36,506 nt of DNA, taken from NCBI GenBank assembly GCA_012519875.1, contig JAAYPL010000079.1, positions 1-36,506 on the forward strand, in the 5' to 3' direction. The notes beneath the pieces are model-generated. The model was not told the origin of the DNA. It worked only from the letters and a program-made list of their open reading frames with translations, and did no database searches. The position numbers were made by a program, and so were the translations under genes. Numbering within the stretch: the stretch's first letter is position 1; each line of letters starts with the position of its first letter. Positions 30,837 to 36,506 of this stretch are shown here, one piece after another. Source of the DNA: Clostridiaceae bacterium (GTDB lineage Bacteria; Bacillota; Clostridia; Saccharofermentanales; UBA5734).

Positions 30837-31896
30837 CCGCCGCGACGATACCAAGCAAAAAAGATATCCGGCCAAAAGGTCTGAAAGCAACCGCCCCGGA
30901 GGTTCTCGTCCCGGTCCGAAACCGGGTGGAGGTAAACGGCGCGAACATGACAAAGGCTCTCATCCACGGCGCGGACAGAGCTTTTCCCCGCGCGGCAGGC
31001 CATCCTCTTACGAGCCCCGGCTCCGGGATCGGCCCGAGCAGCCCGGCCGTGCACCGCAACCGGCCTCGGATCCGATAATTCCCCGGCGATTTGAAACCGG
31101 AACAGGTTTGCCGGATCGCCTTGAGGGCCGTAATCCGATTGTTGAGGCGATTAAAGCAGGCCGCGCCATCAATAAATTATGGGTTGCCAAACCTGAAGAC
31201 AAAAAAATGGATCCCGGGTTGGCCAGGTTGGTCGCCATGGCCAAAGAGGCCGGTGCGGTGATCATGGATGTGGACAAACGTGTGCTGGATGCCATGGCGA
31301 CCACGCACAGCCACCAGGGTGTCATTGCACAGGTTGCCGCCCATGAGTATGTCGAATTGGATGATCTGATTGAGAGCATAAAAGCCAAGGAAGAAGAACC
31401 GTTTTTGCTGATTCTTGCCGAGTTGCAGGAAAGCTATAATTTGGGATCGGTTCTTAGAATTGCCGATGCCGCCGGGGTCCACGGCGTTATTATCCCTATG
31501 CGGCGTTCCGTTGGGCTGGATGCCGCTGTAGCCAAAGCTTCGGCCGGCGCCATCGAGCATGTTCCTGTGTCCCGTGTCGGCAATCTTTCTCAGGCGATTG
31601 CCAAACTTAAGGAATCCGGATTTTGGATAGCCGGAACCGATGCTGATGGCAAAACTGATTATCGTGATGCAGATTGGAGCGGTTCCCTGGCCATCCTGAT
31701 CGGTGGTGAAGACAAGGGGTTAAGCCCGATTATGCGGCGACATTGTGATTTTTTGATTTCTATCCCCATGCATGGTAAGGTCAATTCACTGAATGCAGCT
31801 GTCGCGGCAGGCATCATAACCTTTGAAGCGGCCGCCCGCCGGAAATCCGCAGTCGCTGAAACCCGGAAACAAAACAACCCGGAATCTGTTGAATAA
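30820..31896 (+). CDS. rlmB: 23S rRNA (guanosine-2'-O)-methyltransferase RlmB (SpoU/TrmH family) with a long basic N-terminal extension
   Basis: The track ORF 30697..31896 is trimmed to the ATG at 30820, 9 nt after GGAGG (30806..30810). LEGRNPIVEAIKAG, HQGVIA, NLGSVLRIADAAGV, GGEDKGL and SLNAAVAAGI are SpoU motifs. The first ~110 aa are Arg/Pro/Gly-rich. Confidence 0.88.
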   Translation: MKQNPDRRDDTKQKRYPAKRSESNRPGGSRPGPKPGGGKRREHDKGSHPRRGQSFSPRGRPSSYEPRLRDRPEQPGRAPQPASDPIIPRRFETGTGLPDRLEGRNPIVEAIKAGRAINKLWVAKPEDKKMDPGLARLVAMAKEAGAVIMDVDKRVLDAMATTHSHQGVIAQVAAHEYVELDDLIESIKAKEEEPFLLILAELQESYNLGSVLRIADAAGVHGVIIPMRRSVGLDAAVAKASAGAIEHVPVSRVGNLSQAIAKLKESGFWIAGTDADGKTDYRDADWSGSLAILIGGEDKGLSPIMRRHCDFLISIPMHGKVNSLNAAVAAGIITFEAAARRKSAVAETRKQNNPESVE

Positions 31897-31901
31897 AAGT
31901 C

Positions 31902-32564
31902 ATGTTGGAAAGAAGAAGTGAAAAGTCGGACAATGTTTTGCTGGCCCGGGCAGCCGAAGGAGACCAGCAAGCCATAGAGGCTCTGATGATCCGTTACAAA
32001 AATCTGGTGCGGAGCAAGGCGGCCTCCATGTTCATGGCCGGTGCCGATTCCGAGGACGTGATTCAGGAGGGTATGATCGGCCTGTTCAAGGCTATTCAGG
32101 ACTTCAAACCGGAGTTTCGTGTTCCCTTTCCGGCCTTTGCCTCCTATTGTATTGCTTCGCAGATCACCGATGCTGTCCGTCGGGCTTCACGGCAGAAGCA
32201 CCGACCGCTCAACGATTCTCTTTCCCTGCAAACCTTGGTCAAAGCAGATGATGCCGGTGATAACAGGTTCTTGGAGGTCTTTATCGGCGATTCCGGCCCC
32301 AATCCGGAGGAAATTCTGCTTGATCGCGAACGCGTTGTTGATTTGCAGAAATTTTTTCTTAACCACCTGAGTCGGCTCGAGCAGCAAACCGTTTTGCTCT
32401 TTATGCAAAAGCTTCGATATCAGCAAATTGCGGATTGTCTTGGCTGCACCACAAAGCAAGTTGACAATGCCTTGAGTCGTGCGCGGCGCAAATTTTCAGC
32501 TTACCGGCAGGACAAATCCTATGATGGTATGATGGTACAAAAGAAAACGGAGGGAGATAGGTGA
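31902..32564 (+). CDS. sigH: RNA polymerase sigma factor SigH (sigma-H)
   Basis: 220-aa ORF. GADSEDVIQEGMIGLFKAIQDFK, RQKHRPLN and the region-4 HTH YQQIADCLGCTTKQVDNALSRARRK closely parallel B. subtilis SigH. The position after rlmB also matches. Confidence 0.88.
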   Translation: MLERRSEKSDNVLLARAAEGDQQAIEALMIRYKNLVRSKAASMFMAGADSEDVIQEGMIGLFKAIQDFKPEFRVPFPAFASYCIASQITDAVRRASRQKHRPLNDSLSLQTLVKADDAGDNRFLEVFIGDSGPNPEEILLDRERVVDLQKFFLNHLSRLEQQTVLLFMQKLRYQQIADCLGCTTKQVDNALSRARRKFSAYRQDKSYDGMMVQKKTEGDR

Positions 32565-33868
32565 AAAAGCATCTTGCCAAATCACTGCTGCTTTTATTGA
32601 CGGCAGGAAGCTTCCTTTTTCAAAGTGCTTGCGCGGCGACGGATGATCTGCAATCCTTTCTGCAGCGTTTTCGCCAATCAGGCGGCCGTCCGGCAATCGG
32701 AACCGTGTTGACGGAGACGGATCTGATCAACAAATTGACAGATGCCATCCGGCCCGAATCCGATCCGCAAGCCATTTTTGACCAAATCCCGGAAGCACAG
32801 CACAAGAATGTCAATCGAGATCAGTTCCAGCAATACATTCAGCTTCTGCGACGTGGAATCCCCGGTGATATTCTGGCCTTTTCCCATATCAATCCGGCTG
32901 AGTCGAATGAAGTTCAAGCCATGGTGCGTGAGCGGTGGCCGGAGCTTCCTGAGCTGGCCGATCAGCTGCAGGGATATTGGATATATTATCAGCGAACCTC
33001 CCAGCAGACGGATCAATTTGCCCTCTATATCCATAAGTCCAAGGAGGGAAGAGCCTATCTCGCAGCGGAGTGGATCGAGCGGACGCTGGCATTGGCAAAC
33101 TATGCCGAGCTTTACATGAACGCTGTCGACGACGCCAATTTATCAGCATTGTCGGTGCTGCTGGAACCGTTTGTACCGGAGAAGGCCGTTCGGGAAGCCA
33201 AAGCAGCGAAGGTCATTGCCTATTACACACAAAACAAGACCATTCGGCTTCGGGATTTCCAACTTGGGCATGCCCGGGCAGACAGCATTGCTTATTTGGG
33301 CGATGAGACGCCGGGCCAGGATGCATCTGCTATGGCCGGCCGCTTGCTGGAAGTGTTTGTCACTCCGGCCGGTCACAAAAGAATCAATAACATTATCCCG
33401 GATAAGCTTTGCGCAGCTGATGTTGAGATTCTTTTCATGAATGAGTTTTTCCATGATTTTATTGATCTCGAACAGCAAAAGCCGATCCAGGTCCGCTCGG
33501 CTCAGATCGAGGCGGTGCTTGGCGAACCGCGTCAACATGACAACTCCAACTGCCTGACCAACAGCGATAAAGTCAGCCAGATGCAGCTTATGTACGAGCA
33601 GGCGGAACTGCGGATTATCGGTGAATGCTATCGCCATCATCGCTGGGCCGGAAGAATTATCGGCATCCGAATAACCGGGCCGGCGATCGGCCTGGCCAGT
33701 GGCCTCCGACCCGGTTTAAAAATTGCCGAAGTGCTTCAAATTTATCCGTTTGCCGATGAAACCGACTACAAGGTTTCCGGTCAAACGCCCTGGGGTGAAA
33801 TGACGCTTGTCATGAGTACCGATGGTGAGGTGCTGACCGAGATCGCCTTGGGCTGGAAAAGTCAGTAA
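32561..33868 (+). CDS. Hypothetical secreted/lipoprotein-like protein with no recognised domain
   Basis: 435-aa ORF whose GTG start overlaps the sigH stop (GTGA). The N-terminal signal peptide is MKKHLAKSLLLLLTAGSFLFQSAC/AATDD. I recognise no motifs. Confidence 0.65.
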   Translation: MKKHLAKSLLLLLTAGSFLFQSACAATDDLQSFLQRFRQSGGRPAIGTVLTETDLINKLTDAIRPESDPQAIFDQIPEAQHKNVNRDQFQQYIQLLRRGIPGDILAFSHINPAESNEVQAMVRERWPELPELADQLQGYWIYYQRTSQQTDQFALYIHKSKEGRAYLAAEWIERTLALANYAELYMNAVDDANLSALSVLLEPFVPEKAVREAKAAKVIAYYTQNKTIRLRDFQLGHARADSIAYLGDETPGQDASAMAGRLLEVFVTPAGHKRINNIIPDKLCAADVEILFMNEFFHDFIDLEQQKPIQVRSAQIEAVLGEPRQHDNSNCLTNSDKVSQMQLMYEQAELRIIGECYRHHRWAGRIIGIRITGPAIGLASGLRPGLKIAEVLQIYPFADETDYKVSGQTPWGEMTLVMSTDGEVLTEIALGWKSQ

Positions 33869-33907
33869 GAGGCCGGTCCGCACACATCTCCCATTACTAT
33901 CCCTCCA

Positions 33908-35617
33908 TCAATCGATGCTCTTGTCGATCTGGAAACGCATGATCTTTCTTGATGTATTCTTTTCGAACTCACTATCCCGGAGTCTGACCAGATTGACGGC
34001 TTTATAAGCAACCATGGTGCCGTTTATTTTACGGATTTCCTGATCAAAATACTTCTGGGGATCGGTGACCCCCATCGATTGCAACGCATCCTGATTGGGG
34101 AAAATTTCCGCAACGATGACCTCTTTGCTTTTTTGGGAACGGCTTTCGCCGGCATAAACGATAACCTCTTCAACACCCGGGACTTGGGATATTTTCAATT
34201 CAATTTCCTCGGGATAAACGTTTTTGCCATTGCTGAGCACAATAATATTTTTCAGCCGTCCGGTAATATAGAGCCAGCCTTCCTCATCCAATTTGCCAAA
34301 ATCGCCGGTTCGGAAAAAGCCCTCTTCGTCAAAGGCTGCGGCGGTGGCTTCCGGATCCTCGTAATAGCCAAGCATAACATTGGGGCCCTTGACACAGATC
34401 TCACCTTCGCCGTTTTCGTCCGGATTTAAGATTTTTATTTCTTCGTCGATAATCGGGCAGCCGACGCTGCCGCGTTTTTGATATTTATTCCGGTTGCAGG
34501 ATACCAAAGGGGAACACTCCGTGATCCCGTAGCCGTTGAGAATGGTGATGCCGAGGCTGTCAAAGGTATCAATAATATCCTGCTTCAGAGCGGCACCACC
34601 GCTGATGACCAGTTCCAACTTGCCGCCCAGCTGGGCCAATACGCTTTTAAAGAGCTTGCGACGCAGGTCAATGCCGAATTTACGCAGAAAATTACTGACT
34701 TTGATCATGGCGCGCAAAAGATTGGCTTTGCCGCTCTCTTCGGCTCCGGACCAAATTTTGGCAGCCAACTTCTCCAAAAACAAAGGAACCAGAATCAAGT
34801 GTGTCGGCTGTTGTTCCTTGATCTCGGCGCCGATATGCCGGAGACCGCTGGACAGGTAAATGGTTGAACCTTGGGAAAAGTGACCGACAAAAATTACCGT
34901 TGAACAAAAGGTATGGTGAGGCGGCAGAGTATTGATTGTCTTGGGGGTGATGGCAAAATTGTACATCCCGTTGGTCATGTCCAAGACAATATTCTTTTGC
35001 GAAAGCATAACGCCCTTGCCTTTGCCGGTGGTTCCGGAGGTAAAGACGATGGTGGCCATTCTTTCGTCATCGATCGTGTAATCATCGTAAGATGAATCCC
35101 CTTGATCAAGAAGTTCCTGCCCCTTCGTGACAACATCTTCGATGGGGATCGCGGTTATTTCTTTCGGCTGACCCATAGCGATGACGGTTGGCAAGGCCGA
35201 ATCAGTACTTTGAAAGTCTTTGATTTTGCTTTCAATCGCCGGATGATAAATCACACCCTCGCATTTGGCTCGGGTCAAGATATCGGCAATTTCCTCGGCC
35301 GGCAGATCCCGGTCGAGGGGAACGACGACGGCTCCGATGGCCATCAAGGCAAAATACGAACAGACCCAATCATAGGTGGCGTCGCCGATCAAGGCGATGT
35401 GCCTGTCACGAAGATTCATGGCGATCAGGCCGGTGCCCAACGCGCGGACCCGGTTGCGGGCCTGAAGGTACGTGACATCGACGGTTTGCGCATCATGAGG
35501 ATTGATTTTGTATGAAATTGCCACCCGATCCGGGTATTTTTTAGCTACGTTCTCGACCATAACCCGGATATTTTCAAAAATCGTGGTCTCATAAAGCGGG
35601 TAATTTTTATTTTTCAT
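33908..35617 (-). CDS. AMP-forming long-chain-fatty-acid--CoA ligase (AMP-binding enzyme family)
   Basis: 569-aa ORF. It has the AMP-binding motifs IVFTSGTTGKGKG, GYGITECSP, TGDFGKLDEEGWLYITGRLKN and NGKNVYPEEIE. Confidence 0.88.
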   Translation of the reverse strand: MKNKNYPLYETTIFENIRVMVENVAKKYPDRVAISYKINPHDAQTVDVTYLQARNRVRALGTGLIAMNLRDRHIALIGDATYDWVCSYFALMAIGAVVVPLDRDLPAEEIADILTRAKCEGVIYHPAIESKIKDFQSTDSALPTVIAMGQPKEITAIPIEDVVTKGQELLDQGDSSYDDYTIDDERMATIVFTSGTTGKGKGVMLSQKNIVLDMTNGMYNFAITPKTINTLPPHHTFCSTVIFVGHFSQGSTIYLSSGLRHIGAEIKEQQPTHLILVPLFLEKLAAKIWSGAEESGKANLLRAMIKVSNFLRKFGIDLRRKLFKSVLAQLGGKLELVISGGAALKQDIIDTFDSLGITILNGYGITECSPLVSCNRNKYQKRGSVGCPIIDEEIKILNPDENGEGEICVKGPNVMLGYYEDPEATAAAFDEEGFFRTGDFGKLDEEGWLYITGRLKNIIVLSNGKNVYPEEIELKISQVPGVEEVIVYAGESRSQKSKEVIVAEIFPNQDALQSMGVTDPQKYFDQEIRKINGTMVAYKAVNLVRLRDSEFEKNTSRKIMRFQIDKSID

Positions 35618-35745
35618 TGTTGGTTGCTCCCCTCAATACTTTACTTGTTCATTATGCTGATTTCGAGGCAATTTTTCAACCTTTTTGATTTTTATGGTTA
35701 AATAGTAATAAAGCGAGAAGAAATTTTTATGTGGCGAGGTTCTTT

Positions 35746-36506
35746 ATGCGGTTGCTGCACACATCAGACTGGCACTTGGGACGGATGCTTTACGGACGTA
35801 AACGTTATGAAGAGCAGGCGGCTTTCCTCGACTGGCTGATCGATACGATTCGGGAAAAACAAGTTGATGCCTTGATCGTGGCAGGGGATATTTTTGACAC
35901 CGGCACTCCCGGCAATCGGGCGCAGGAACTGTATTACGGATTTCTCTCACGTTTGCCCGCTACTACTTGCAGGCATACAATCATTATTGCCGGCAACCAC
36001 GATTCGCCAACCTTTCTCGATGCTCCCGGTGATCTGCTGAAAGCAATGCACATTCACGTTATCGGAACGGCAAGTTCCAACCCGGCCGATGAATGTGTGC
36101 TTCTTGCTGATCATGACGGTCAACCGGAGGCCCTGGTCTGCGCTGTACCGTATCTGCGTGACCGTGATGTCCGGCGGGCTTCGGCCGGCGAGACAATCGC
36201 CGACAAGAATCGGAAACTGATCGAGGGGATACGCGCGCACTATGCGGCTGTTTGCGACCTGGCGGCAAAGCAACGGGAATCCGTCGGTGACATACCGATT
36301 ATTGCCACTGGACATCTTTTTGTCACCGGCGGACGCACAACCGACGGTGATGGCGTGCGAGAGCTCTACGTCGGCACCCTGGCTCATGTTGATCGGGAGA
36401 TTTTTCCTTCCGTGATCGATTATTTGGCTCTGGGACATTTGCACGTGCCACAAAACTTGTCCGGCAGTGATCATCAGCGCTATTCCGGATCGCCGATTCC
36501 CATGGG
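35746..36506 (+). CDS. sbcD: Exonuclease SbcCD nuclease subunit SbcD (5' part; runs off the right edge)
   Basis: Not in the ORF track because it has no stop within the window. My own translation from the ATG at 35746 gives MRLLHTSDWHLGRMLYGR...ALIVAGDIFDTG...IIIAGNHDSP...ATGHLFV...LALGHLHVPQ, the Mre11/SbcD phosphoesterase motifs. The frame stays open to 36506. Confidence 0.88.
   Translation, partial: MRLLHTSDWHLGRMLYGRKRYEEQAAFLDWLIDTIREKQVDALIVAGDIFDTGTPGNRAQELYYGFLSRLPATTCRHTIIIAGNHDSPTFLDAPGDLLKAMHIHVIGTASSNPADECVLLADHDGQPEALVCAVPYLRDRDVRRASAGETIADKNRKLIEGIRAHYAAVCDLAAKQRESVGDIPIIATGHLFVTGGRTTDGDGVRELYVGTLAHVDREIFPSVIDYLALGHLHVPQNLSGSDHQRYSGSPIPM

Overview
This 36.5 kb window looks like chromosome from a Gram-positive, Firmicutes/Clostridia-like organism; that is an inference from gene content and Bacillus-like synteny (cysE-cysS-mrnC-rlmB-sigH, rpiB-upp-atp). 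It is densely coding and mostly housekeeping.

Gene order, left to right:
- A small sugar-utilisation cluster (PMI-like cupin, DUF4432 epimerase-like protein, aldo/keto reductase, GH43), with one ~40-nt promoter block present twice.
- tRNA-Arg(CCU) and L25/Ctc.
- NusG-domain-II protein, Gx transporter and PAP2 phosphatase.
- A THUMP RNA methyltransferase and a sugar-phosphate nucleotidyltransferase.
- Three tandem DnaA boxes ahead of proA-rpiB-upp.
- An F1Fo atp operon (atpB-E-F-[H'A]-G-D-C). Only the C-terminal domain of delta is encoded, and it is fused in frame to alpha.
- A convergent, tightly packed five-gene Tad/Flp-like pilus operon: degenerate TadZ-like protein, CpaF, fused TadBC, Flp pilin, FHA-domain protein.
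- SAM-I riboswitch and metK, then recD2 and comFC.
- A 270-nt intergenic region with its own promoter and conserved-looking helices, which is a candidate ncRNA.
- cysE, cysS (split by a +1 frame change), mrnC, rlmB, sigH, and an orphan secreted protein translationally coupled to sigH.
- An acyl-CoA ligase and the 5' part of sbcD.

I saw no CRISPR array, transposase, integrase, rRNA or recognisable defence genes.

The items most worth follow-up are the delta(CTD)-alpha fusion, the minimal Tad/FHA operon, the post-comFC candidate RNA, the DnaA-box cluster and the interrupted cysS. All product calls rest on motif recognition by eye, not on database searches.
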